This document shows positions 21,680-31,811 of a stretch of DNA of 64,000 nucleotides, in pieces. Source of the stretch: an uncultured Gemmatimonadaceae bacterium (GTDB taxonomy: Bacteria > Gemmatimonadota > Gemmatimonadetes > Gemmatimonadales > Gemmatimonadaceae); the NCBI GenBank assembly GCA_963716745.1, contig OY970320.1, forward strand, positions 1,472,001 through 1,536,000, read 5' to 3'. A program made the position numbers and the translations under genes. Numbering within the stretch: position 1 is the first letter of the stretch; every line of letters begins with the position of its first letter. The notes beneath the pieces were generated by a model. That model saw only the letters and a list, made by a program, of their open reading frames with translations. It was not told where the DNA came from and did not search any database.

Positions 21680-22039
21680 TCACGGTTCGCCGCGATAGAC
21701 GCACCCGGAGGTGCAGGTCTCCTTCACGGTAATGGCGGACAGGCCCGCCAGCCTTGGCGCGAGACGCTCCCAGATCCAGCGCGCGATGCGCTCGCTCGTG
21801 GGATTGTCGAGCCCGTCGATCTCGTTCAAGTAGCGATGATCGAGCGTATCGATCAGCGGCTCGGCGGCCGCCTTCACATCGGCGAAGTCCATCACCCATC
21901 CGAGCCGCGCGTCGAGCGCGCCGGCGACGTGGACGGTCACGCGGAACGAATGCCCGTGGAGGCGCGCGCACTTATGCCCCTCGGGCACGTTCGGCAGGCG
22001 GTGCGCCGCCTCGAAGCTGAACTCTCTGAATATCTCCAT
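21680..22039 (-). CDS. queD: 6-carboxytetrahydropterin synthase
   Basis: 'FEAAHRLP..HKCARLHGHSF', 'LDHRYLN', 'NPTSE', 'ET'. Confidence 0.96.
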   Translation of the reverse strand: MEIFREFSFEAAHRLPNVPEGHKCARLHGHSFRVTVHVAGALDARLGWVMDFADVKAAAEPLIDTLDHRYLNEIDGLDNPTSERIARWIWERLAPRLAGLSAITVKETCTSGCVYRGEP

Positions 22040-22049
22040 CGGCGCCGCG

Positions 22050-22685
22050 CTAGGGAAGACCGAGCAGTTTATGCGTCTGCAGACTCAGCCGCCAGCGCGG
22101 GTGTGCCAGACAATACTCGATGGCGAGCGCGGTGTTCCGCTCGCGATCGGCGCCATCCATCGGCTGCAGGAAGAAATGCCGGAACTCGAGCGACTCGAAA
22201 CGCGCGGGCGGCGCCAGCTCCTGCGGGAAGACCAGCTTGAGCTCGTCGCCTGCGCGGAGCACGACGAGCGCGGCCGCTTTCGGGCTCACGCACACCCAAT
22301 CCACGGGCGTCTTGAGCGGCTGCGTGCCATTCGTCTCGATCGCGACGCGGAATCCGCGCTCGTGCAGCGCATCGACGGCCGGCGCGTCGAGCTGCAGCGT
22401 GGGTTCGCCGCCGGTGCACACCACGAGGCGCTCGTCCGCGCTCGCGGCCGGCCACTGCGCTTCCACGGCGGCCGCGAGCTGCGCGGCATCCGCGAACTTG
22501 CCGCCGTTCGGGCCGTCGGTGCCCACGAAATCGGTGTCGCAGAAATCGCAGACGGCGCTCGCGCGATCCGCCTCGCGACCCGTCCACAGGTTGCACCCCG
22601 CGAATCGCAGGAACACGGCGGCGTGCCCTGTCTGCGCGCCCTCGCCTTGCAGCGTGTAGTAGATCTCCTTCACGGTGTACGTCAT
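22050..22685 (-). CDS. queE: 7-carboxy-7-deazaguanine synthase (radical SAM, CX14CX2C type)
   Basis: 'TLQGEG', '[22 protein letters not shown]', 'TGGEP', 'ETNG', 'LSLQTHK'. Confidence 0.96.
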   Translation of the reverse strand: MTYTVKEIYYTLQGEGAQTGHAAVFLRFAGCNLWTGREADRASAVCDFCDTDFVGTDGPNGGKFADAAQLAAAVEAQWPAASADERLVVCTGGEPTLQLDAPAVDALHERGFRVAIETNGTQPLKTPVDWVCVSPKAAALVVLRAGDELKLVFPQELAPPARFESLEFRHFFLQPMDGADRERNTALAIEYCLAHPRWRLSLQTHKLLGLP

Positions 22686-23374
22686 GGCGCGGCGTACGGG
22701 ATCGGGTCGGTCGCGCCCGCCTGTTCGAATCCCCGGCGGCGCAGCAGGCACGCATCGCAGCGGCCGCAACTGGCGCCGTCGGCGCGCGGATCGTAGCAGC
22801 TGCGCGTGAGCGCATAGTCCACGCCCAGGGCGAGGCCGCGGCGGATGATCTCCGACTTCGTGAGATCGAGCAGCGGCGCGTGGATGCGCAGATGCCCGCC
22901 TTCGACGCCGGCGCGCGTTGCGAGATTCGCCATCTGCTCGAACGACGCGAGATACTCGGGCCGGCAGTCGGGGTAGCCCGAGTAGTCGAGCGCGTTCACG
23001 CCGATGAAGATGTCCTCGGCGCCCGACACCTCGGCGAACGCGAGCGCGAACGAGAGGAAGATCGTGTTGCGCGCCGGCACGTACGTCACCGGGATGCCGC
23101 CGCCGATCTCCTCGGCGCGCTCGTGCTTGGGCACCTCGATGTCGGCGGTGAGCGCGGAGCCGCCGAAGGCGCGCAGATCGATCTCGGTGACGACATGCCG
23201 CTTCGCGCCCAGCGCCTTCGCGACGCGCGCGGCGAAGTCGAGTTCGCCCGCGTGGCGCTGGCCGTAGCGAAAGGAGAGCGCGTGCGTCTCATAGCCTTCG
23301 GCGCGCGCGATCGCGAGCGTCGTGGCCGAGTCGAGCCCGCCGGACAGGAGAACCACCGCGCGCTTGGGAAACAT
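22682..23374 (-). CDS. queC: 7-cyano-7-deazaguanine synthase
   Basis: 'LLSGGLDS', 'YGQRH', 'TYVPARN', 'YPDCRPE', 'SCY..CGRCDAC'. Confidence 0.97.
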   Translation of the reverse strand: MFPKRAVVLLSGGLDSATTLAIARAEGYETHALSFRYGQRHAGELDFAARVAKALGAKRHVVTEIDLRAFGGSALTADIEVPKHERAEEIGGGIPVTYVPARNTIFLSFALAFAEVSGAEDIFIGVNALDYSGYPDCRPEYLASFEQMANLATRAGVEGGHLRIHAPLLDLTKSEIIRRGLALGVDYALTRSCYDPRADGASCGRCDACLLRRRGFEQAGATDPIPYAAP

Positions 23375-23431
23375 GGTGTGAAAGTTATTACTCCGGCCAC
23401 CGATTGGGCGATAGCGTAGGGTTCATCATCT

Positions 23432-23526
23432 TCATCATGATGTGCATCGTGTCAATCCTGTCAAAGCAGTTCTCTTACTTGCAACACAACTACTTTGACA
23501 GGATTAACGTGATGAAAATATGATGA
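23432..23526. repeat. AT-rich long imperfect inverted repeat between the divergent queC and DUF748 genes
   Basis: Core arms AATCCTGTCAAAGCAGTT (23454-23471) and AACTACTTTGACAGGATT (23488-23505) match 17/18; CATCAT-rich outer extension. Confidence 0.8.
23495..23524 (+). promoter_or_regulatory. Candidate sigma70 promoter for the DUF748 gene
   Basis: TTGACA (23495-23500), 18-nt spacer, TATGAT (23519-23524); 46 nt upstream of the ATG at 23570. Confidence 0.5.
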
Positions 23527-23569
23527 CTGCACGTGGACGGGCGTGGAGCGCGCAGGTAGACTGTCGAGC

Positions 23570-26522
23570 ATGAGGAACCTCATGACTTCGCGGCGCGCGA
23601 AGTGGGTCATTGGCACCCTCGTGTCGCTGGTGATCCTGTATGCGATAGCGGGATTCTTCATCGCGCCGCGGATCGTGCGCGCGCGGCTCGCGAAGGAGAT
23701 CGGGGCGGCGCTGCACCGACCGGCGGCGGTCGGGCCCGTGAGAGTGAACCCCTTCACCTTTGCGGTGACGGTGGACAGCCTTCGCGTCGCGGACCGCGAT
23801 GGCGCGATGCTCTTCGCGTGGGATGAGTTCTACATCAACTTCGAGCTCGTCTCAATGCTGCACCGCGAGCTCGACTTCGCGGAGGTCCGCATCGTGCGGC
23901 CGTACGGACGCTTGGTGGTGCGGCGCGACGGCTCGCTCAATGTGACGGACATCGTCGACTCGATGCGAGCGGCGCCGAGCACGGGGCCGGCGCCCGTGCT
24001 CTCGATCGACGCGCTGCATATCGAAGGTGCGCGGCTCGACGTGCTCGACAGCGCCACCGCGCGCCCATTCGCGACGACCATCGGTCCGTGGCGCATCGAC
24101 CTCTCGGCGTTCGCGACGCGGCGTGACAACAACAGCCGCTATTCGTTCTCGGGACGCACCGAGAGCGGCGAATCGTTCGCCTGGGCCGGCACGGTCACGG
24201 TGAATCCGCTCCGGTCCGCGGGCGAGTTCTCGCTCGACAGTCTCAAGCTCCGGAAGTACGGTCCGTTCTACGAGCGCACCGTTGCCTTCGACGTCGTGCG
24301 CGGCGTCGCCGGCATCAAAGCGAACTACGACATCGACTTCGCGCCCGCGACCCGCAAGATGCAGCTCACCGGCGGCGAGCTGCGCGTTGGCGACCTCGCC
24401 ATCGTCGAGCGCGGACGCACCGACACCGCGATCGCCGTACGCGACCTCGTGATCGCTCGCGTGAGCCTGGACGCCGTAGCCAGGCGCGCCTACATAGGCG
24501 AGATCACGTCGCGCGCGGGCGTGCTCAACGCACTCCGCAATCGCGACAGCACGATGAACGTGTTCCGCCTGATGGCGACGCCGAAGGATTCCGGCGCCGC
24601 GCCGGCGAAGCCCTGGCGCTGGTCGATCGCGCGCATCGCCGCCGACAGCTACACGGTGAATTACCTCGACTCGGCCACGGTAAAGCCCGCGAAGATCGGT
24701 GTGAAGTACGCCGCGCTCACGCTCGACAGTCTCTCGAGCGATTCCGCGCGCGTCTCCGGCCTGCACGCGACGGCGACCTGGGGGCAGCGCGGCGCGCTCC
24801 AGGCCGATGGCAGCATCGCGATCTGGAAGCACACCGGCGATCTGCAAGTGCAGGCGCGCGATGTCTCGCTGAGGCCCTTCGAGCCGTACGGCGCGCCGAA
24901 GATGAACCTCGTGATCAGCGACGGGCGCCTCGCTGCGACCGCACACATCACGTACAACGTCGCCGATTCGCTGCACCCCGACTTCACGTACAAGGGCGAT
25001 CTGCGCATCGACCGCTTCGCCACGGTGGATGGCAAGGACCGCCTCCCCTTCTTCAGCTTCTCGGCGCTGCGATTCACCGGCGTGGACTACGCACTCAAGA
25101 CGAACCGCCTCGTGATGAAGGAGATCCGCCTCGACGATCCGGCCGTGTTCTTCCGGATCGCGGAGGACGGCACGTCGTCCATGCGCACCATCTTCCCGAC
25201 GTCTGGCGGCGACAGTACGGACGCAGATTCCTCCGCCACGCACGACTCGGCGCCGCCACCACCGAAGGCCACGGCCGCGCGCGCGGCGGCCAGCGCCGAC
25301 TCACGCAGTAAAATCAGTTCCGGAAAGACCTCCATCGGCCGCGTCGTGATCAACAACGGCTCGATCCATCTCGACGACAAGTCGCTGCAGCCGGCCGTCG
25401 CCTTTGGCGTCACCAAGATGAACGCCGTGACCGGCCGGCTCTCTTCGGACTCGCTCGGCAGCGGCACGCTCGATATGACCGCCTCGATCGATGACGTCGC
25501 GCCAGTGAAGATCAGCGGCCGGTTCAATCCGCTGAGCGACAAGGAAGGGAGCGATCTCGTGGTCGACCTGCAGGGGATGGAGCTGGTGCCCGTGGGACCC
25601 TACTCCGGGAAATACCTCGGCTACCTGATCGCGAAGGGGAAGATGAAGGTGGAGATGAAGTACCGCGTCGTGGGCCGGCAGCTCAAGTCCGAGAACAAAC
25701 TGACGCTCGACGAGTTCGATTTCGGCGACAAGACCGAGAGCAAGGAAGCGACGACGATGCCGGTGAAGCTCGGCTTCGCGATCATGCGCGACCGCAGCGG
25801 ACAGATCGTGTTCGACGTGCCGATCGAGGGGAATCTGGACGATCCGGATTTCCACTTCGGCCGCGTGATCGGGCGCGCGATCCTGAACGTGCTGACGAAA
25901 CTCATCACGTCGCCTTTCAAGCTGCTGGGCGGCATGTTCGGCGGTGGCACCACGGCGGACCTGAGCTATGCGGAGTTCGCGCCGGGCACGTCCGCGCTCG
26001 CGCCGGCTGAGGACAAGAAACTCGACGTGCTGGCGAAGTCGCTCTTCGAACGGCCGGCGCTCAAGCTCGGCATCGCGGGCGCAGTGGATACCGTGGCCGA
26101 TCCCGCGGCGCTTCGCACCGCGAAGCTCGAGGCGCAGATGCGGCTCAAAAAATGGACCGCGCTCAAGGCCAAGGATCCGAACACGCCGCCGGTGGACAGC
26201 GTGGTGCTCACGCCCGAGGAGCGCGACAAGCAATTGACGGCGGCGTTCGTGGTCGCGTTCCCGGCGGACAGCGCCGTACTCGCGGCGAAGAAGGCGAAGA
26301 GCAGCGCGCCTCTCTACCCGGCCGCCGAGAATGGAGCGTCGGCTTGCGGCGACGATCGCGATCACCCCGGACGATCTGCACCTTCTCGCGACGGCGCGCG
26401 CGAAGGCGTGCCTCGATTATCTACTCAGCGTACCCGCGAACAAGATCGAAGTGGAGCGGGTCTTTCTCACCGAGGGATCGACGCAAACGGTGGGAACGAG
26501 AGCGGTGTTCACACTTCAATAA
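23570..26522 (+). CDS. DUF748 (AsmA-like) protein with OmpA-like C-terminus; one frameshift near 26330
   Basis: N-terminal TM, 'VRVNPFT', 'PYSGKYLGY.I.KGK', 'P..LG.A.MRD..G.I..DVPIEG.LDDP.F'; deleting one A near 26330 restores 'EMERRL..LA.ARA..RVF'. Confidence 0.85.
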
Positions 26523-26530
26523 CCGCTTTC

Positions 26531-26653
26531 ACTACCGGGAACCGATTACCGGGAACCGGTATGGCATGAACACACATGGTGTACTACCCTGCGTGAGTAG
26601 TACACCATGTGTTGTCATGCATCACCGGTTCCCGGTGATCGGTTCCCGGCAGT
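26531..26653. repeat. Long palindrome with ~57-bp arms built partly from 7-mer units, between convergent genes
   Basis: 26531-26587 matches the reverse complement of 26597-26653 with few mismatches; ACCGGGA/ACCGATT/ACCGGGA units; 9-nt loop. Confidence 0.88.
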
Positions 26654-26659
26654 TCGCAG

Positions 26660-27670
26660 TTAGGGTTCCACCACCAGCACCACGAACGATCCCGGCACCA
26701 TGGGTGGTCTCGGCCGCGGATTCTCCGTCGTAGGCGCTGGCGCAGCGCCAAATTCGGCGGTCACGGTATAGATGAAGTGCGTGCGCTCGTCGAGCGCCAT
26801 CGTGCGCGCACGCGCCTGCGTCGGCACGGTCGCGGCCACGGCGTACGCGCCCGGCCCGGTGGCCTTGATCACCGTGATCGTCCCCTCGCCGTTCGAGCTG
26901 AACGCCAGCCCCGTGCCCGCATCATATGCGGCCGCGTCCACGCCTTCGCCGATCGGCACGGTCGTCACGAGCTTACCCGTCTTGTAATCGACCACGGCCA
27001 TGACCTTGTTGCCGCACGCCGAGAAGAGCACACCGTGCACGCGATCGATCGCGAGCCCGCTCGGCTCCTCGCAGCCCGCCATCATCCACGGCGCCTTCGC
27101 GGTGAGCGTCTTGGCATCGAACGCCGTGACGGCGCCATCCTTGTTCTCGATGTTCACGAACACCGTGCCCTTGCCGTCGTGCTGCGCGAACTCAGGCTTG
27201 CCGCTGAGCGGTATCGAGCCCAGCACCGCGCCGTTCGTCGCATCGAGCGCGGTCGCGTTCGAACTGCCGCCGTTGAAGGTGAACACGCGCTTCGTCACGG
27301 GCTCGTAGAGGATCGCGTCCGGATTGCGCGCAGGCACCTTCACGTTCGCGATCACCGCGAGCGTGTGCAGATCGAAGATCGTGACGCTCGAGTCGCGCCC
27401 GTTGCTCGTGAAGCCGCGGCCGAGATCGTACGCCAGCGCGATCCCGTGCACGCCCAGCGTGTTCGGGATGTCGCCCACGACTTTCTCGCTGTCAGTGCTG
27501 ATCACCATCGTGTGCGTTCCGCGCGAGATGAACAGGCGATGATTGATCGTATCGACGGTGAGATAGTCCCATCCGCCTTCGCCGCCCACGGTGAGCTTGC
27601 GCGCCACGTGATAGTTCGGCGATACGAGTGCGATCGCCGCCAAGGCCGCCAAGGCCAGGAATGTCTTCAT
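26660..27670 (-). CDS. YncE-family beta-propeller protein
   Basis: Signal peptide; 'GGEGGWDYL', 'GVHGIA', 'NPDAI', 'CEEPSGLA', 'ARTMALD'. Confidence 0.85.
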   Translation of the reverse strand: MKTFLALAALAAIALVSPNYHVARKLTVGGEGGWDYLTVDTINHRLFISRGTHTMVISTDSEKVVGDIPNTLGVHGIALAYDLGRGFTSNGRDSSVTIFDLHTLAVIANVKVPARNPDAILYEPVTKRVFTFNGGSSNATALDATNGAVLGSIPLSGKPEFAQHDGKGTVFVNIENKDGAVTAFDAKTLTAKAPWMMAGCEEPSGLAIDRVHGVLFSACGNKVMAVVDYKTGKLVTTVPIGEGVDAAAYDAGTGLAFSSNGEGTITVIKATGPGAYAVAATVPTQARARTMALDERTHFIYTVTAEFGAAPAPTTENPRPRPPMVPGSFVVLVVEP

Positions 27671-30600
27671 CGGGTGCTCCGGCTGAGAGTGAAATCCCGT
27701 CCGCGGATCGCCACGAGCAGGGTTGGAACAACGTAGAGTGTGATCGGAGTCGAGAGGGCGAGCCCGCCGATCACCGCGAGCGCGAGCGGCCGCTGCAATT
27801 CCGCACCGGCCCCGAGGCCGAGCGCGAGCGGCAGCAGGCCGAACAGCGTACAGAGCGTGGTCATGAGGATCGGCCGCAGGCGCACGCGCGCCGCATCCTG
27901 GATCGCGCGCTCGAGCGTGACGCCGTCCAGCGTCATCCGGCGGCGCGTGAAGTCCAGCAGGATGATGCCGTTCTTGACGATGAGCCCCACCAGCAGGATC
28001 AGCCCCATGAGCGAGCTGACATTGAGCGGCGTTCCGGTGACGAGCAGCAGGACCACCGCGCCCGCGAAGCTCACCGGCGCCGCGAGCACCACCACTAGCG
28101 GCTCGATGAAGCTCTGGAACTGCAGCACCATTACCGCCACGACGCTCACCGCGGCGAGCGCGAGCACGATGAGCAGCGCGCGGAACGCCTCCTGCTGATT
28201 CGCGTACTGCCCGCCGATCTCGAGTCGGATGCCGGCGGGCGGCGGGTTCGCGGCGAGGACGTCGCGCACATCGCGCATCACGCTGCCCAGTGCGCGGCCG
28301 GATACGTCGGACGTGATCGCGATCATCTGCTGCTGGTTCTCGCGGTTCAATTCCGCGCGCGTCTCGCCGGGCGTGACCGTCGCGAGCGCGGACAACGGCA
28401 CGGCGCCATGCGAGACACCGGCCGCGACCGGCAGCGCGCCGAGGCGCAGCGGATCGTAGCGCACCGAGTCAGGCGCGCGGACGCGCACGCCGATCGAGCG
28501 GTCGTCGAGGTGCATCTCTCCCGCCGGAACGCCCAGCAACGCGCCGCTCACCGCCGCGCCGACCTGCTCCGGATCGAGACCCACCCGCGCCGCCTCGGCG
28601 GCGCGCACGCGCATCAACATCTCGGCGGCGGGCTCGCTCACACCGGAGTAGAGGTCCTCCACGCCATCGACTTTCGCGATCTTCGGCGCGAGCTCCTTCG
28701 CATAGCCCTCGAGCTGCGCGAGCTGCTCGCCGTACAACTTGAGCTCCACGGGCTTGGCCGCGCCCGCGAGATCGTTGATCACATCGGAAAGGATCTGCAC
28801 GAACTCAATGCGAAGCCGCGGCACCGAGGAATTGATCTTCGTGCGCGCTTCGTCGATGATCTCGAAGCTCGTTGCCGAACGCGCCGAACGCGGCGCGAGC
28901 CGCACCACGATGTCACCGCGGTTCTGTTCGGTGGCGAAGAGGCCCAACTCCGCGCCCAGGCGGCGCGACGTGCCCTCGACGCCGGGGATCCCGGCGAGCA
29001 CGCGCTCCGCCTCGCGCACCATCCGGTCACTCTCGGCGAGCGACGTGCCGCCCGGCGTATAGTAGTCGAGCACGAAAGCGCCCTCGTCCATCTCCGGAAG
29101 GAACGATGTGCCCACGAATCGATCGGCCACCACGCCGATGACCACGAGCGTGAAGGCGGCCGCCGCCACGAGGCGCGGCCGGTGCAGTACGTTGTCGAGC
29201 GAGCGCTCGTAGCGCGCGGAGAGCCCGTTCAGCGCGCGTCCCACCGCGGCGAGCAGGCCGCCGCTGGCGCCTGACTTCTCGACATCGTGCGCCGTGATGT
29301 ACTGCTCGCTGAGCAGCGGGATGATCGTGAGCGCGAGCACCAGCGAGACGAGTACGGCAATGGTGAGCGTGATCGAGAGCGCCGTGAAGAACTGCCCGAC
29401 CACGCCCTCGAGGAGCCCGAGCGGCAGGAAGACCACGACCGTCGTGATGGTGGAGGTGGTCACCGGCCAGATCAGTTCCTGCACAGCCTCGCGGATCGCC
29501 GTCCCGCGATCGGACGTGAGCACGAGATGCCGCGCGATGTTCTCGGTGATCACCACGGCATCGTCGATCACGAGCCCGATGGCGATCGCCATCGCGCCGA
29601 GCGTCATCAGATTGAACGTCTGGCCCGCGAGGCTCATCACGAACACCGTGATCGCCATCGTGAGCGGGATCGAACTCGCGCTCACCGCCGTGATCCGCGC
29701 GTGCCCCAGGAATGCGAGCAGCACGAGCACGGCGAGCACGGCGCCGATGAGCATTGCATCGCGCACGCTCGCCACCGCATCGCGCACCAGCGTCGCCTGG
29801 TCGTAGAGCGGCGTGAGCCGTACGCCGGCTGGCAGCAGCGGCGCGATCGCGGCTACGGCGCGCGTGATGCTGTCGGCGATGAGCAGCGTGTTGCCGCCGG
29901 GCTGCCGCGTGACATTCAGCAGCGCCGCGGGGCGTCCGTCGCCGGCGATGATGCGCGTGTGATCCTCGGTGCCGAGCGTGACCGTCGCGATGTCGCGCAC
30001 GCGCAGGCCGTTCGGGAGCACTACCGCGCCAATGTCCTCGGCGGCGTGCGCTTCCTGATCGGTCACGATCAGGTACTGCTTGTAATCCTGCGACACCCGT
30101 CCCACGGCGGCCACCGAGATCGCCCGGCGGATCGCGCCGGCGAGATCGTCGTAGCTCATGCCCATCGCCGCCAATCGCGCTGGATCGGCCACGACCTCCA
30201 CCTCGCGCGTGTCGGTGCCCTGCACGTCCACGCGGCCCACGCCGGGGATGCGCGCGAGCACCGGCTTCACTTGGTAGCGCGCGATGTCGAAGAGCGTCGC
30301 GGGATCGCCCCCCTCGAGATTGTACGAGAGGATCGGGAAGAGCGAAGGCGTGAGGCGCTCGACCTCTATCTGAAGCCCGGCGGGCAACTCGGATTGCACC
30401 TGGTTCACGCGCGCCTGCACCTGCTGGAGCGCGAACTGCATGTCGGTGTTCGGCGAGAAATAGATCGAGATCTCACTCGCGCCGCGGATCGTCCGCGAGT
30501 GCACTCGCACGACGCCGGGCACGATCGACACCGCTTCTTCCAGCGGGCGCGTGGACGCGAAGATCATCTGTCGCGCGCCGAGTGCCGCGCCTTCCGCGAC

Positions 30601-30741
30601 GATCGTGACGCGCGGGAATTTCAGTTCGGGATAGATCGCGGAGGGGAGACGCGTCGCGGACCAGATGCCGGCCACGCTCGCGAGGGCCACGACGAGATAC
30701 ACGAACCGCCGCTGGGCGGTCAGCAGGTCGAACAGCTTCAC
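27667..30741 (-). CDS. RND efflux permease (CusA/CzcA-like)
   Basis: 1024 aa; 'GLVIDDAVVITEN', 'VKNGIILLD', 'RLRPILMT', 'PLALAVIGG'. Confidence 0.93.
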   Translation of the reverse strand: MKLFDLLTAQRRFVYLVVALASVAGIWSATRLPSAIYPELKFPRVTIVAEGAALGARQMIFASTRPLEEAVSIVPGVVRVHSRTIRGASEISIYFSPNTDMQFALQQVQARVNQVQSELPAGLQIEVERLTPSLFPILSYNLEGGDPATLFDIARYQVKPVLARIPGVGRVDVQGTDTREVEVVADPARLAAMGMSYDDLAGAIRRAISVAAVGRVSQDYKQYLIVTDQEAHAAEDIGAVVLPNGLRVRDIATVTLGTEDHTRIIAGDGRPAALLNVTRQPGGNTLLIADSITRAVAAIAPLLPAGVRLTPLYDQATLVRDAVASVRDAMLIGAVLAVLVLLAFLGHARITAVSASSIPLTMAITVFVMSLAGQTFNLMTLGAMAIAIGLVIDDAVVITENIARHLVLTSDRGTAIREAVQELIWPVTTSTITTVVVFLPLGLLEGVVGQFFTALSITLTIAVLVSLVLALTIIPLLSEQYITAHDVEKSGASGGLLAAVGRALNGLSARYERSLDNVLHRPRLVAAAAFTLVVIGVVADRFVGTSFLPEMDEGAFVLDYYTPGGTSLAESDRMVREAERVLAGIPGVEGTSRRLGAELGLFATEQNRGDIVVRLAPRSARSATSFEIIDEARTKINSSVPRLRIEFVQILSDVINDLAGAAKPVELKLYGEQLAQLEGYAKELAPKIAKVDGVEDLYSGVSEPAAEMLMRVRAAEAARVGLDPEQVGAAVSGALLGVPAGEMHLDDRSIGVRVRAPDSVRYDPLRLGALPVAAGVSHGAVPLSALATVTPGETRAELNRENQQQMIAITSDVSGRALGSVMRDVRDVLAANPPPAGIRLEIGGQYANQQEAFRALLIVLALAAVSVVAVMVLQFQSFIEPLVVVLAAPVSFAGAVVLLLVTGTPLNVSSLMGLILLVGLIVKNGIILLDFTRRRMTLDGVTLERAIQDAARVRLRPILMTTLCTLFGLLPLALGLGAGAELQRPLALAVIGGLALSTPITLYVVPTLLVAIRGRDFTLSRSTR

Positions 30742-31811
30742 GGCTTCGCCGCGGGCGCCGGAGCGGCCGGCGCGCTGTCGCGGGCGGGCACCACGTGCGT
30801 GCTGTCCTCCACGCCGTACGCGCCGTCGGTCACGACGATCTCGCCGGCGGCGAGTCCGGACAGGATCTCGGCGCGCCCCTCGTCGCGGCCGCCCACGGTG
30901 ACGTCGCGCGCGTGCACGACGTTGCCGGCATCCACGACGTACACGAGATAGCCTTCGCCCTCGGGCACGAGCGCGGCCACCGGAACGACGACCGCGCGTC
31001 CCTGCACGCCCGTGGTGATGCGTCCGAAGACGGTCTCACCGATGCGCAGCGGGCGATGCGACGCGCCGGCACGGGCGCGCACGGTGACCGCGCGCGACGC
31101 CGTGTCCACCGTGGCGCCCACGTCGATCACCTGCGCGGTGCCGACCGGCTCGCCGCGCGCATCCTCGCCGGCGAAGATCGTGACGGCGGCGCCGACGCGG
31201 ACCACGGCCGCGTCCGCCGGCGACACGCCGAACAGCAGATCGAGCGCCGACGGATCGGCGACGGCCACGACCACCTGCCCCGCGTCGGCCGGCGCGCCGA
31301 GCACGGCGGTCATGCGCGTGACCACGCCGGCGATCGGCGCGCGGAGCGTCGCGAGTTCGAGCGAGCGGCGCGCGCTCACGTCGGCACTCTTGGCCGCCGC
31401 GAGATCGGCCGCCGCGGCGTCGAGATCCTTGCGCGGGAGAACGCCGGCCTCGGTGAGCCGCACCGCGCGGTCGTAGCCGTTCTGAGCGCTCGCGAGCGCG
31501 CTCGCGGCGCTCCGGGCCGCGGCCTCGAACGGGCCGCGCTCGAACTCCACGAGCGGCGCACCGGCGGCCACACGTTCGCCCGCCGCGACGAACACCCGTG
31601 CCACGCGTGTGGGCGCGGGCGCCGAGAGTTCGGCGTACTTCCCGGCGCGCGGCGCCACGGTGCCGAGCGCGCCGATCACGTGCGCGAACGGCGTGGACAC
31701 GGCGGCGGCGGTGTGCACCGCCACCACCGGCGCGTGCTGCGATTCATCGGCCGCGTGAGAGCAGCCGGCCGCCGCGGCGGCGAGGAGGATCAGCGAGGCG
31801 CGTGGGTTCAC
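30738..31811 (-). CDS. RND periplasmic adaptor (MFP) lipoprotein
   Basis: Lipobox 'AAGC'; 'LRAPIAGVV', 'VDTASR', 'VVVP..AL', 'SGL.AGE.VV..G'. Confidence 0.92.
   Translation of the reverse strand: MNPRASLILLAAAAAGCSHAADESQHAPVVAVHTAAAVSTPFAHVIGALGTVAPRAGKYAELSAPAPTRVARVFVAAGERVAAGAPLVEFERGPFEAAARSAASALASAQNGYDRAVRLTEAGVLPRKDLDAAAADLAAAKSADVSARRSLELATLRAPIAGVVTRMTAVLGAPADAGQVVVAVADPSALDLLFGVSPADAAVVRVGAAVTIFAGEDARGEPVGTAQVIDVGATVDTASRAVTVRARAGASHRPLRIGETVFGRITTGVQGRAVVVPVAALVPEGEGYLVYVVDAGNVVHARDVTVGGRDEGRAEILSGLAAGEIVVTDGAYGVEDSTHVVPARDSAPAAPAPAAKP

Noticed and set aside
21680..23374. 7-deazaguanine DNA-modification (dpd) defence island
   Set aside because: No dpdA/tgt-like, helicase or nuclease genes nearby; this looks like ordinary queuosine precursor synthesis.
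23375..23530. preQ1 riboswitch upstream of queC
   Set aside because: I could not see a preQ1-I stem with an A-rich tail on the minus strand; the region is explained by the palindrome. An Rfam/Infernal scan would settle it.
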